In this document: one piece after another, positions 49,859 to 64,000 of the stretch
Layout: every line of letters starts with the position of its first letter
Position numbering within the stretch: position 1 is the stretch's first letter
Source: Neoechinorhynchus agilis
Taxonomy: Eukaryota; Animalia; Acanthocephala
NCBI GenBank assembly: GCA_051530055.1
Contig: CM121342.1
Coordinates: forward strand, 7,510,691-7,574,690
Reading direction: 5' to 3'
Length of the DNA stretch: 64,000 nucleotides
Translations under genes and position numbers: made by a program
The notes under the pieces: generated by a model
What the model was told of the DNA's origin: nothing
Database searches by the model: none
The model's input: only the letters and a program-made list of their open reading frames with translations

Positions 49859-52800
49859 AAAACATGATCAGTTATTGTCTGTTTGTGTCCATTGTGTAAT
49901 AAAGCTCAAATATCTACTTTACTTTGTTTTTAACGAAGAATTACTCAGCTGTCAATCTTTATTGGTTTATTTAAAAATAGGGTTTCATAACACTGGTAAA
50001 TTCGCTACTACTTTTTGCATTTTCTGCATTGTAAAATGCATAATATGTTAATTGGTTTTTAATTTTCATCTTAACTTAAATTTTATGATTGCGCATTGCC
50101 CTTTAATAGTTTTTTACTTTTGTAAATTTTTTCATTTCAAACCAAAGATTTATTTTTAAATACTGTCAACTTTCTCTTTTTCTTCGATAGGCAAAATAGA
50201 ATTAGGCTTTTTTTCGATGCACCTAAGAAATTTGCTTAAAACATTTAAAGTTTCGAAATATTCTATTTAATTAGCTATCGAAGCAGGCATAACTTCCGTT
50301 AGAAAAACAAAAATCGAGCAAGTCTTAACAGGAATCGCGGAAGCCGAATAGATCACATGATGTGAAACTTTTCTCAGTGGTTCAATTTTGAAGAAAACTT
50401 GTTTGCAACTGTTAATGGCAAAATAATTACGATATCGATAGGGTGTTGTACAAATACAAGACATTTAACCGATTTCATTCAGATTTCAGTCATCTTCATT
50501 CCTTCCATCACTACTTAATTTCTTTAATGAATAAACAAATGAAATTCGATCAATATTCGTAAAATATTTTAGATGAATGATTGCTGCCATTTACTAAAAG
50601 TTCCATATTGATCGCGTTTTTTCCGAAAGAGTGGACGTATTGCAATATGAAACAGATCATACATCCACTTTTGGCATACTCCTAATATATTCATAAGCGT
50701 TGCAAACATTAAGAATAAAAATATAATGTTTTCCAGCAAGTATTTCGCGTCTGAGAAAAATCCATTTATCTATAGCGCACCTAATATAGTGCATTAAAGT
50801 TGGCGATAAATGTTTTAATTCACAAACTATTCTATTTGTAAAAATAGTTTACTCTCAAAATTATTGAGTTTAAAAGTTAAAAGTTCTTAAGCATGTAAAC
50901 TGCGATATACCTTAGTTTAGAATAATATCACATCATAATTTTCACAATCCCGTGATTTCACATATAACATTTGTGAATTCTATTCCTGGATATTTGGTAT
51001 GTAATATTGCCGAAAGTTTAAATTTGTAATTTTTTGAATGAAATTATTTGGACTGACAAAACGTAATTTCCTAAAATTTTGCAAATTTCTATCACGCGCG
51101 AAAAGAATTTGGTTGGTCTCGCTGAAATCTTTCTTTAAGACAAAAGTATTTATTATAATTTATTATAGATTTTCCACCCGTAATTCTAAAGTTTCTTATT
51201 TATGGGCAAAACTATATATCATCGATCTGCCAACTAATTATTGTATTTTAGAGTCGTTTTGACGCCAATGACAGTGCTTCTCCATTTTTATCATATTGGC
51301 AGAAGCTACTTTTTTAAAGCAACCCGATGAGGCATTAAAGTCACCGTATTTCTGAAAATCTATTAAAAGGTTTATAAATGAAATCTTCGTTTTGAGTGAT
51401 CTTTATACCGAAAGCGACATAGCATGGCAGTATCACTATGTTTTCAATTCTTCTTTGAAACAAAACTGCTTACTAGAAATACTTTTCTATTTAAATCGCA
51501 TTTTCCAACAAAATATTTAACGAAGAAATTTTTCCTCTTGATTAAGAACCACACGTTTCCATTAAATTGCTAATTTCGCAACCTGTGTTCCTTATTGGTT
51601 GAAATCTAATTAGTGCAATATTGATTAATGTGTTTTCGCACGCAAAAATTTGCAATGCATATATATGAACTTTTCTATAAAATCCATGCGTACTAACTAG
51701 AAATTCCGAGATGTAAAATTTTTAGGAATTGACTCTATACAATTTCTGAGAACATCGCAATCGACACTTAGAAGCAAACCTCTATTAAAAAAAAGGGAAA
51801 GTGTCTCGGACAACTGGTAATCGAACTAGTAGATTCTCACACTTGCTTTTACGCCAATTGAGTAATCACATGAAAGGCATTTGTGTTTCTCCAACATGAT
51901 ATCAATTGTGATAATAGTAGTCGTAATGTTCACCCTTTGCTGGTTTATGTGATCTGTATTCAAGCTTTAGGTGAAAGGGTAATCAGGAAAAGAACACATA
52001 GCAGTGTCGTATGTCCTATCCTCAAAGGCAAATATCAAGTTTGCAAACGTACTAAAATGTCTACACGACCATAAAATATGCATTAACTTCGGACAATGAA
52101 CAATTAGAGTGTTCTCCGTGCAAACAAGCTTGCAATTGGTTTATTCCTATCACCTAACGGAAGAGTTAAAAGTAAGAAAGCGTACCCGCTACCCTTCCAC
52201 TCTCTTCCACAATGTGGGAACTCTCGAACTGTCTCCGGCTAGAATTGACATAAATCCGACCAAGTCGGATATTTTATAAAGATTTAAATCTGACAAAATA
52301 GGACGATCGTCGTCCATGATTTCAACGAAATATGAAAAAAAGAGGTAAGATTTTTTAAATATCACTCAGTTTTGTTTTAATTTATAATTAATATGCGCAT
52401 TGTGATACATGCAAATTATACGCAATAAAAAATTTAGCTGCTGCTTTTTTCGATAATTTTAATTTCGTTTAAGAAAATTTGGAAGAGGATTTCTTTAATT
52501 TATCACGAATTGCTCAAAGACAATGATTAAGAAACCAAAAAAAAAATAAAACGTAAATTCTCAACATTTTAAAATTTCGAATTTGCATTTTTAAGTAATT
52601 ACGGGATAAATAATTTCAATCCGTTTGCGCTATAATTATTAGGCAGAATTGATAAATTATTGCTGTACCAAACAAGTGTTCCCACCTTGTTAACCATAAA
52701 ACACACCAATGGCAGAAGTGCAACATAGACGGAACAAATTCGATTATCTGTTAAAAAAAATGTTTCGAGATTTCTTCGTTTTGAAAAATTGTAGTCAGAT

Positions 52801-54750
52801 CTTAAATGAACTGTTGTTAATTTAATGAAGGTTAAATAAAAGGTAGAAAATATTTCTTTTGATTACAATAGCAAACTTTAAATAAGCTTATTTTATGCAA
52901 TTTAGTACTAGAGTAAAAATTCGATTTATTCCGTTTTTATCTGTATTATTTTGATGAACATTTTAGAATGCCTGACTTTATTTCTTAAGAAACATATTGC
53001 ATAGTATTTTAATATTTTAGGCATTCTGGAAATGTTAGCAAATATACATTGAGAAAAGATTTTCGTTACCAACAAAATACTTACTAAGAACATAGACTTA
53101 GCGCATTTAATTTTTATAAATTGTTTTCTTCTATATATTTGCATTATTAGAATTATTGTTCAGGTCTTCACATGGTAAATAATTTTTTTATTAACCACGT
53201 TTCGAATTTTTTCGAATTCATAATAACTATTTCACTACTTGTATTTTAGAACCGATGATGACACTGACGAGGTTCGAAATGTTTTTAATAGAAAAAACTA
53301 TTTAAATGGGTGAAGATCTAAACGATAATTCTAATCAGATCGACATCTGTATTATTGCCAAAAAATACTTTCAAATCTTAGTTGAAAATTGCAATAAAAA
53401 TCAGTAATTAAGAGAAATTCACAGAAATTTCGCAACGTCGTTTATTTCCTTAGGTAAACTAAGTATTTTACGGTGTCGAATGCAACCAATTTGTCCAGTG
53501 GATTCGCATGAATAGCGGCCATATTGACTTTTCAAAACCATGATGTTTTATGGGGTATGGCATTAATGTAATCAATGGATTTGTTGGAACAAATTGAGAT
53601 GGTTGGATTCAATTGTATGTGTGTTTGCTTTGAGCTAGTTCATTGCCAGTTTAGGTTCGGCCAGCCCCAGAAGCGTTCTTCAAGTTATCTGTGTGTGTGT
53701 AGCGGCTGCGTACTTTTGTGGTTTGTAAATGGGAGCACATTAAAGCCATTTATTGGTGGCAAGATAGCAATAAAATGCGGGAGCGTGTTATGCACTGGCT
53801 GAGTTCATCGCACATAAAGCGAGTTTTATTGCCCATTTGTTTGCAAGCATGTAGATCCTCCGACTCTCTTCACAATTGCATACTGCGATGACCAAATGTC
53901 GTGACTAAGTTGGACTTCTGATCAAGCATGAGATGTCACACCGATTCGACCAAGAGGTTTCTAGATATGCCGCGATCTTTATCTTATTTTATTGGTTTGT
54001 TATCTCATTGGATGATGGAATTTACTCGAACCGCGTGATTTTTTTCTCAAATAAAATACAATTTGTAAAAATGGCGCGAGAGTGTGTTTTATGAAAAATA
54101 GCGGCCGTAACAAGAAGATAAATTTCAAGAAAAAAACATACGGACGTTAAACAGGGTTAAATGTAGTGCCTATTTCAGTTCTATGAGATGCTCTTTCTCC
54201 CATCCCCTTAAGGAATAGCAAAGCAGATGTTTTACAGCTCCCCAAGCTCCCATTTTCAAGCCATTAATTACTGCTGCTGATGCTGACGGTGCAGGCGGAA
54301 TGTGATTGGCTGATTCAGAGTTTGCACTGGTTGGGAAGAAGAAGGTGCATGCTGCGCCACTTCTTCGCTATTGGTGTCATCGTGTGGCGGCGCACATGCT
54401 TTGTTCCTTTCCCACCCTATAAGTTGCTCTTTGTGGCACTAGAAACGCAAAGAATATATCAGCCATTCGGCTGGCAAGAATCAACATTACATTTTTAAAG
54501 ATCGAGCTTTTACTCATTGCCAAGGAACCGATAGACCTAGTTCGGAACTGTGTCCCATCATCATCCCCACTTCTTTTATCATAGCCAGCACCCCGCCGAA
54601 TTATAATCCTTCCTTTAACGCACACACACATCATTATTTCCAGCCAACTGATCGTGCACAATTCGGGCCAAAATTATATAAAACTCATAACGGACGATAA
54701 ATAAAGGCCTATCAATTGCCATCAGCTACTAAATAAAGCGGCAAAGAAAT

Positions 54751-55924
<1,174 letters not shown>

Positions 55925-56829
55925 TCGCGCATAAATCCCAACCGAAAAATCGAGAGCGAGAGTGATTTTGATTTGTAATAAAAAGCGGATTTTATTTTAA
56001 TATTTTGAGTTTTGATTTTTAAAAGTAAATATTTGTATTTAAGAACAGCCAAATCGTAAAATCTTCGACGGCACACTTCAAAGTGTATTTGAGATTATAA
56101 ACATTTCGCTATCGTTAAAGTCACAGCAAGGTGACCTTTGCGTTGGAGACAATAATGGCAGTAAATAACCATATAAATTTCTATCTTTTAAAAGCATCAA
56201 AAATAACTTACTTAATCAGATTTAGGCGATCATTATCGTCCTCGATTCTAGCCAATCATTTTAAAGGAAGAAAAAAATTATAAAATAATGATTTTGCTTT
56301 CAATTAATGATATATTAATTAGTCGTTGGATACAGAGACTTCTATAAATTGTTATACTTCATATCAATTTAACGCATAATTAGTTTTTCTGAAATGTTCG
56401 ATTTTATGTTAAAATCCTATTGCTTTGTCTAAAATTGTGAACTGCGTTTCGCTGTCGTAAAAAATTTGTCATGATTTTAAAGTCAATCAGGAAGTCTTTT
56501 AAATGTTGAAAGTCCTGCGAATTTTTCCTTCGTAATAATCGAACATTTTTAACATTAGTCGCCGTTAAACTTACATTATTCGTTCTATCAAAACACTTAA
56601 ATGTAGATGCCGCAAAAATCAAGTTTTGGGAATTTAAAAATTAGAGGTTGCAAACTAGGCTCCTGATTTTAAATTGTTGACGTTCAGGACACCGCCACTT
56701 TTATTTGTTAGGATTGCAAAAACATCCGAGCGATGAGATGCGGAAAAAATTATTGTCTGCACTAGCACCCTAAATATAAAAATAAATTCGTTTCGTATTT
56801 TAATCAAGGATATTTCAAATAAAATTCAT

Positions 56830-56940
56830 TTTTTTGTTCACAAATTCCTCCTTTTCGTCCAATTCTGCAACTGTTGTCATTATTGTTCGGCAGCTTCCTT
56901 GATGGTCGCGACATTGCCGCGCTGATTCGCTGCATCAGGA
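56830..56940 (-). mobile_element. CRE-type 3' terminal fragment related to 19110-19205
   Basis: Reverse complement tcctgatgcagcgaatcagcgcg...gaccatcaaggaa...gacaacagttgcagaattggacgaaaaggaggaatttgtgaac matches 19113-19206. Confidence 0.75.
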
Positions 56941-57576
56941 GACAAAAATATTGATAATGCGTTAGTCAACATTGAGCGAAGGACATAGATTTAATCGCAA
57001 TTTTCACAGCAACTTTTTATAACTATATATTAAAATGTTTTCGAAATTATTCAGAATACTAAATGGTTGTAATAATTATAAATCTCTGTTTCCTCACCAG
57101 TATACAATTGCAGTATTCAAACGGAAAAATTAAATCGACTAGATTTGTTATACCTTCGATCTTAAAACACCGTGTCAAATGGGCACACTAATTATTGATA
57201 AAATGTATCGATATTTTCCGATTTGTTCTCCTTTTTCTAAAGCGTGGTTACTCGTTTGTCGCGACATGAAAGCGGAAAATGTGCTTAACGGTACTCATAT
57301 TTTAAAATATCGTTTCGTACAAAACACAGAGTGTCTAGAGTTGAGCAACCCACTGTGTTTGACAGCCACTGTGTCGCTATTTTTGTCTTGTTCTTTTTGT
57401 CAGTAGGTTTCGGTCCAAATTTTTGTCAGTCACACAGTGGGTCTACGCAAAGCACATTTAAAAGCAGACTGGCACCCGCTGAAAATCACCAAAGCGAAAT
57501 TCATCCAGTCGCTTCACATGCCTATCAATCAGTCATTCACAGCTATTCGTCATCCTTGACGAACTTGTAGAAGTCA

Positions 57577-59711
57577 ATGCTACCAGACAATAGTTCGTTT
57601 CATATTTCAACGAATGCTCACCGAAACAGCAGCTCGATCGACAATTCTGTTAGTTTCAGCAGACGACAGCCGCCCAATAGTAACCGAAGGAAAAGATACG
57701 GAACCTGGACAAGCATTCTGATCAACACTTGCTCAACAATACGTGATAAAAGCAAATATAGTTTTAATTCCCTGCTTAATTCGCTCTCATCTTTAAACCT
57801 TGATCGAATGACAGCGACTGATAAGGTTGAAGATGCTTCCAAGGATATTGTTGGTCCAAGTGCTCCACCCCCGCCACCTAATGTCAAAGGTCGATCGTCA
57901 TCGCTTCAAGCTGTGAACAGTGAAACGGACAAAACTTTCACATTCGATGAGCTTTTAAACAAGGCTCAGGGAATTCTCGATGACTATATCAAGTCAACCG
58001 ACCTCACCATTTCAAATGCTGCCTCTGACAGGTTCATAGATGACTTGGACGCTCTTGTAAAAGTCGCTAGAGGAAACCGGGACTCTTTAACGAACAGAAA
58101 AAGCTGCCAAGCTGAACGTGATATGTATATCAGAAGACTTAAACAAATGATAGACAACAATCCAATCGCTGCTTTATCGGAAAATGATTTCAATGAGAGT
58201 AAGAACGTGTATTGCCAAGTAGTATTAGGCAAGGGCGGAGATTTTGGTGCTTTTGAAATTTTCGATACTCTTTAGAAGGTGAATAATTTTATAAGCATTT
58301 TCCCACTAAATGAAAAAAATGCTATTAAAGACAAAATGTAGCTTAAAGTATCAAAATGCGACCTAAATGATAATATTATCAAAATATGATAGATGGATTG
58401 AAGTTTGTCCCTATTTTGTAGGGTGTAAACGATAAGTTGAAACGAATATTTTCGAACTTTATATTATCATGGACAATGTGTTAAATAAGTTAAATCTTAA
58501 ATTTTCCATTTCTTTTTTTTCACAAGTTCTCGCCGAAATTTCCTCCTATAAACAGCAGCAACGACGGAATTAATGACTGTGGAATTGAAAAGACGGTACT
58601 GATCGAAGCATCAGCGCCGCCTATGTTTGTTGGTAAAGGCGCTCAATCAGCTAAATCATCGACAAAGGAACTCACACTAATATCGCCTCTATTAACAAAC
58701 GAAAACCATCACGCAAAAATGTTCAATCAACAACCAATATACTGTGATAGGGTATATCCTCAAGTGAACGAGATAGCGATTGACTCGTCTCAATTCATAG
58801 TCCGTACATTTGACAATAATAATCAAGCTCAGGCTAATCCAATCATTTCTCAGGATTTAGGTGCAGCCCTGACTTCGTTTATAACACCAACGGTTGTCGT
58901 TTGTCTTGATCGATTCACCACTAGTAGCTATGTAGTTCCGGACAATCTGACAGAAAAGTTTTATGTTGTCTTTGGTATGAACCAAATAAGCACAATTAAA
59001 GCATACGATATAAGTGGGAATGATTTAGGAGAAATGTCTCCGGGTTTAGATTTTAGTTGGGAACAAAACAATGCGTATAGGATTCACACAATCGGGCAAG
59101 GAATTTCAATTCAATGCAAAGAAGACAGCAAGGATAACCGAGATGTGATTGATGAACGTTGTATGGTTGTAAATGAAATCAAAGGGTACCATTTAACTGA
59201 TGGTTACTATGCACTTAAGCAACGGCTTTTGTTCTTTGACCTAGAAACGGGTTCATTAAAAGCGAATACTAAGCGGCTTACTGAAGTTATAAATCCATTA
59301 GAATCGGTTCATATCGATTCCGATGGTCAAATATACGTCTTCGATACGCTAACTTTAATGAGCATGAACAAGTGGGCTAAGAAGGTAGACCGAGTGCGTT
59401 CAATATCCGTAGGAACTTCTTTCATCGCCTGTATTTTTGATCGACAGGTCATTATATGCGATAAGGATGGTCATCAAAAGTTCAGTTGGATCGTTCAACG
59501 GTTATCCAATAATACCACCAATGCACATGGGCGTTATATGTCATCTATTGGATCGAATGTCAAGCCTGTTTGTCTTAAAGTTTACGACGATCGAATATTT
59601 GTCATGTGCTGGCTTTCAGATAATTACCCAGCCAATAATATATTAATTGAGTTTGACAAAGAAGGTAATCCAATGCTGCAAGCATTCTCAAATTTTTTGG
59701 AGAATAAGTGA
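57577..59711 (+). CDS. Uncharacterised protein(s): Pro-rich/coiled-coil N-part and beta-rich (possibly propeller-like) C-part; junction unresolved
   Basis: Two long ORFs (232 and 362 aa). The frame of 58623 stays open back to an acceptor cagcag at ~58560, and a donor-like aag|gtgaat lies at ~58278. Confidence 0.5.
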
Positions 59712-60025
59712 CTTTCTAAGGAATTCGTAATTGAAAAATTCTAAAGATTTTATTTACTTCAATCATACACTGGCGGCAAATACTGTTTGAACATCTAAAC
59801 TAATTTTCAAGATAAAAAACAGTCGCGACCCTCAGCACAATTTTTGATTTGTAATGTGCGATTCGTTCAACTATTGTAAAAATTAGAAATTTAAATATTT
59901 CTGTGCCAATGCTAACCGATTTTTCTGGACCTGCTTACAAAAAATTGATCACCTGAACATTTTTTGGCTTTTAAAAACTGAGAATACTTGTATTACGCGA
60001 GTTTTATCTTCCCAATCGCATTTAC

Positions 60026-60424
60026 GTGAACAATCACGGTGAATACGAATTCGATTGTGGTCTTTCCCAAACATCCGTTTCAACACGACCTCTATTCCAG
60101 CCTTGGGTCGCAGCTCCACTTCAGCAACCGATCCACACGCACTTTCAAACTCCTCAAATATGGAATTGTTGGCCAGACACATTTAACTGCGGTGTGATTG
60201 GAGGAGCAAATGACTTTGGATCGCAATTTAGTTCATCTCAAATCTCAGTAACCCCATTAGACCAAAATGTTCACAGCGGACAGATTCAAAGTAACCAGGA
60301 TTCAACATGGTTTCACGCTACGTGGTTAACAATAACCAACAACAGAAATGCGATCATATCTAATATAGTTCCAGAAAATCCTGGAGCGCCAAGTAAAAAG
60401 ATTATCGTGGTACCAATACCATAA
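60026..60424 (+). CDS. Unknown low-complexity Gln/Ser/Pro-rich ORF, probably an exon
   Basis: 132-codon open frame with coding-like composition in an AT-rich background; no recognisable domain. Confidence 0.4.
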   Translation: MNNHGEYEFDCGLSQTSVSTRPLFQPWVAAPLQQPIHTHFQTPQIWNCWPDTFNCGVIGGANDFGSQFSSSQISVTPLDQNVHSGQIQSNQDSTWFHATWLTITNNRNAIISNIVPENPGAPSKKIIVVPIP

Positions 60425-61066
60425 AATTTAGAGATCTCAATTGTATATCTTCTTTCAATGCGCGAAAAATAACTGCAGATCCTTTGTATTGCGATATTAA
60501 AGCGAGTTTCGAGTAAATTCGGATTTTATTTATAAAATCGCGAGAAAACGTGTTCTGAAACACAAAATATTAGAAAAACCTTTTAGACTGAACAATTATA
60601 TAATAACATTCAGGAATATTTTTTGATTGATATAAACGAAAAATAATTGCTTTTAAAGGTTGTTGTACAGATTAGAACCGAAAAACTAGAATATTCTATA
60701 AAATTCTTGTCCAGGAATATTTTTGATTTAATTTGTCGCAGACTGAAAAAGAAATCGATTATTTTCACCTTTTTAAATGTCAGAACTTGGGCAAACCCAG
60801 CCGAATTAATGATATCATTTTTAATTATTATTCATCTACGCTTCGGATTGAAAGGTTCACATAACCGTATTCATAGCCGAAAAATGTCATTCTGGTCAAT
60901 TAGAAGTCGCTAAAGTTACCGAGATAGAAGAGAAATTTGGCGGGAGAAAGAGCGTTGTATTGCTCTTATACTCATTCTTTAAAGATCTCACGCATATTTT
61001 TACTCATGCAAATGTATAAATGTACACGAGTTGTCTCCATTTTTTCGTCGTCGTTTTTTAAAGGCA

Positions 61067-62995
61067 ATGTTTAAAGTGTTTCATTTAAATATTCTGTTGT
61101 TAGTCATTCAACTAAATCTTAATTCAATGGAACCGAGTGGAAGAGAACCGAAGTGCGAGCTAACGCACTGTCAACCGATCTCAGGCTTTGGAATACGATG
61201 TTACGAAAATGATGATGTTGGGAGAGTGGAATCGATTACTAATTTACTACGATCGGCTCAACGCAACCACGAAAAGTTTGAATTTAATAATGTCGATCTT
61301 AAAGATATTCCTGAAAATTTTGCTTCGTTCTTTCCCCAAGTCGTTAAAGTAACTTTCTCTCATGAATCGGAAAATTCATACAAATCGCCAGTACTGAGCA
61401 GTTCTTTACTTTATAAACTCAGAGATGTAAAACAGTTGGATATTGCGAGAGCTGGAATTGTTAAGATTCAAGAAGACGCTTTTGAAGAATTTAAGAGACT
61501 TGTTCGATTAAGTTTGAGTTTCAACAACATATCAGTTATTCCCGCCCAATTCCCACAGCAATTGCCGTTATTGAGGATACTTCGTTTATCGAACAATATT
61601 CTCACAAGTGAAAGTATAAACGTTATTAGCAGACTAAGATACCTAAAAGTATTGGATTTAAGTTATAATTTGATTGAACATTTATCTGCACAGGACTACA
61701 GCTCTTTTTACAATCTTGAGGAATTGTACATAGTTGGTAATCCAATAAAATCCGTAGACAAAATGGAATCGTTTAAAAATCTTCGTTATCTCCATATTAC
61801 CTATCTTGCAAATGTCACCGATTTATTAAGAAATAAAGACCAATATTCAAGATTATATGAATTTATTGTCACTGATGGATCGGCTACAGCGTTTGACACT
61901 AACTTGTTAGCTGCAGCACCTCGACTTGAAAATCTCGAGATAACGAGAAATCAATTGAAATCGATTCCACCTGGAAACTTACAAACAAAGGAAAATATAA
62001 AGAAATTTTCACTAACGTTTAATCAAATAAAATTCATCGACGAAAATGATTTCGATTACTGGACAAGTCTTACAATACTACATCTTCAAGATAATAAAAT
62101 TAAAGGTTTCCACAAAAACGCATTTTCAAAGTTAACCAACTTAAGAGATATATTTCTTGATCATAATCTAATAACAACGATCAACTCGGACAGTTTAAGG
62201 AATAATCGTCTACTGGAAATCTTCTCGATTAGTTACAACCAATTAAATTATGTCAATCGCAATCTTTTCCGGAATACAAGAAAACTGGGATATATCGACT
62301 TGTCCGAAAATCGAATTCGAGATTTGATTGCAAGAAATTCTCCCATGTATTTCATTCCATCGGTCATTTTACGAGGAAATAACATATCAACAATAACCTT
62401 TAATAGGACAAACACTTACTTGGCTCTCGCGTACTTCGGTCTTCGCTCGGAATTCGTCCCGCAGTCAATTTTAACCGCCTTGAAAATCGATGGTCCAAGA
62501 GCTACGCGGGGTATCTCGCTAAAAAACCAAAACCTGACAAAGGTGAGAGAAATCAAGGTGTGGCTACCAATCAATACTTTAACTTCTCTGGACTTGAGCA
62601 ATAATCAAATAACAATGCTTGCTCCTTCCGATTTTTCAGGTTTATCCAATCTTAAATATTTGAGTCTCCAATCAAATATAATAACCGATATAAAGTCAAA
62701 AGCATTTGAAGCTGCTAGCCTTTTGGAGGCTATCGATCTCAGTCAAAACGATCTCAGTACATTTCCTATTAATGCGTTCGACGGATTGGAATATCTTATA
62801 TTTTTTAATCTTGCTGATAACAAACTTAGAAGTATACCAGGAAGCCTTTATGATATCAAAATGCCGAATCTTATTTTCTTGAATGTTTCAAACAATCTAG
62901 TCCTAGACTTTAATATTGATCGCTTCGCAATGATGAGATCGCTTGGAGAGATAGTAGTCGGAGGAATGAAAATTGAAGCCACTTTTAATTACTGA
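61067..62995 (+). CDS. Secreted leucine-rich repeat protein, single exon, no TM segment seen
   Basis: Hydrophobic N-terminus MFKVFHLNILLLVIQL, Cys cap, and many LxxLxLxxNxI repeats (LVRLSLSFNNI, LKVLDLSYNLI, LTSLDLSNNQI). Confidence 0.88.
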   Translation: MFKVFHLNILLLVIQLNLNSMEPSGREPKCELTHCQPISGFGIRCYENDDVGRVESITNLLRSAQRNHEKFEFNNVDLKDIPENFASFFPQVVKVTFSHESENSYKSPVLSSSLLYKLRDVKQLDIARAGIVKIQEDAFEEFKRLVRLSLSFNNISVIPAQFPQQLPLLRILRLSNNILTSESINVISRLRYLKVLDLSYNLIEHLSAQDYSSFYNLEELYIVGNPIKSVDKMESFKNLRYLHITYLANVTDLLRNKDQYSRLYEFIVTDGSATAFDTNLLAAAPRLENLEITRNQLKSIPPGNLQTKENIKKFSLTFNQIKFIDENDFDYWTSLTILHLQDNKIKGFHKNAFSKLTNLRDIFLDHNLITTINSDSLRNNRLLEIFSISYNQLNYVNRNLFRNTRKLGYIDLSENRIRDLIARNSPMYFIPSVILRGNNISTITFNRTNTYLALAYFGLRSEFVPQSILTALKIDGPRATRGISLKNQNLTKVREIKVWLPINTLTSLDLSNNQITMLAPSDFSGLSNLKYLSLQSNIITDIKSKAFEAASLLEAIDLSQNDLSTFPINAFDGLEYLIFFNLADNKLRSIPGSLYDIKMPNLIFLNVSNNLVLDFNIDRFAMMRSLGEIVVGGMKIEATFNY

Positions 62996-64000
62996 ATTTT
63001 AAGATCCTATTAATAAAACGCTTTATCGTTAGAAATAAAAAATTAACAATTTCCTCCACTGACCGTTGTATTCTTTAAAAATATTAAAAGAGCACTTTGT
63101 TGCTTTTTTTCTAGTGAATTGTTCGATCTGATTGACCTGAGCTGAATTTATTGTGACAGTCACAATCTGCAAAATCCTGAAGTCATTAGAACCAGTTATT
63201 TTGTTTCGAAGAGAAACAAATCAATGAAAGTACCTGGACTCATTTACACAGGCTTTAAATTCACAAATATCTGTACTAAAAAATTCAGTTTCTTTTAACC
63301 ACTTATTTCCTTTACTTCTTTTTTAATTTTTCGATTTTGAGCTTTATTACTTTGCCGAGCAACTAAAATTTTTAAGCGAAAAGATATTTAAGTGCAACTA
63401 GTATCATTCATGATTCTTAAAAATGCAAAACTTTATGTTCTCATGACTTGACATTCAGTTTTTTTATTCGCTATTGCTTTCGTCCTTGATATTTTGCCTG
63501 ACCTAAGGAAATCATATTTTTAACATCGTAATTGTCTTTTATAACTTATTATAGTAATACGATTAGACAATCACATTTGTTGAACCTTTTACATTATTTT
63601 GATCGCTAAGTTATACTAAAATAACTTACTTATAATTAATGGTCGATGTGATTATAATGAGTCGACGATAAGGGCGATTTTTAAATTTATTTAAGAAATC
63701 AGACAAAGCATCTTCGATAAAGATTTTAGCACCCTTTTCCTTTTCTTCGACGATGAAATAAATTTTTGTATGGTGATTTATTCGGTACGCTTTTAAAGTA
63801 AACATTGACTAGATGAATTATTGTTAATTTTTGTCGTCTTAGAACACAATACGCTTTAGAAATATATATATGTATATTCTGTGTTTTCGGAACAATATAT
63901 ATTTATTTTTTTAATACATATACGATAAGTTACGAATCGAAAAAAAGCTATTAGGCAATATTTTGTTGAACAGTTTATTCTTGTGTCAATTTATCGATAA

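Noticed and set aside
53255-53285. Minimal hammerhead CTGACGAG-GTT-CGAAATGTT (relatives at ~47213 and ~51322)
   Set aside because: Stem I does not pair and the related copies lack the core; at most a decayed remnant.
53840-53870. miR-10 near the Hox gene (tgtagatcc)
   Set aside because: Only 9 nt match the mature miR-10 sequence, the seed is absent, and there is no supporting hairpin.

Overview
AT-rich, compact animal (invertebrate) genomic DNA with short GT-AG introns, mostly 42-53 nt where I could place them. A central-class Hox gene with the C-terminal motif KSLND points, by my recall of that signature, to a gnathiferan (rotifer/acanthocephalan-like) or chaetognath; this is inference. Host genes recognisable from motifs: endonuclease IV/APN1-type AP endonuclease, HMG20-like HMG-box protein, an inverted pair of 4-EF-hand calmodulin-like genes, fibulin, FDX2-like ferredoxin, a C2H2 zinc-finger gene, coatomer beta (COPB1), an RRM protein, TMEM258/OST5, a Cys/Gly-repeat protein, a PLAT-domain exon, DeSI/PPPDE peptidase, Hox6/Lox5, and a secreted LRR protein. 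Between them lie a ~1 kb satellite, five 3' fragments of CRE-type (RLE) non-LTR retrotransposons, a frameshifted Penelope-like RT, Ty3/gypsy remnants and small MITE-like hairpins. Two signals stand out. (1) Four host genes are interrupted by 46-57 nt inserts, three of them clear hairpins; removal at non-GT-AG boundaries restores the reading frame, and in APN1 and beta-COP restores a conserved motif better than any GT-AG choice. This may be a class of non-canonical or very young structured introns. (2) A repeat family with a tRNA-like Pol III head carries the three hammerhead-ribozyme strands in a non-circularly permuted order. Both are hypotheses. The assembly appears to contain single-base indel errors, which weakens frame-based arguments, and no alignment, folding or database search was run.
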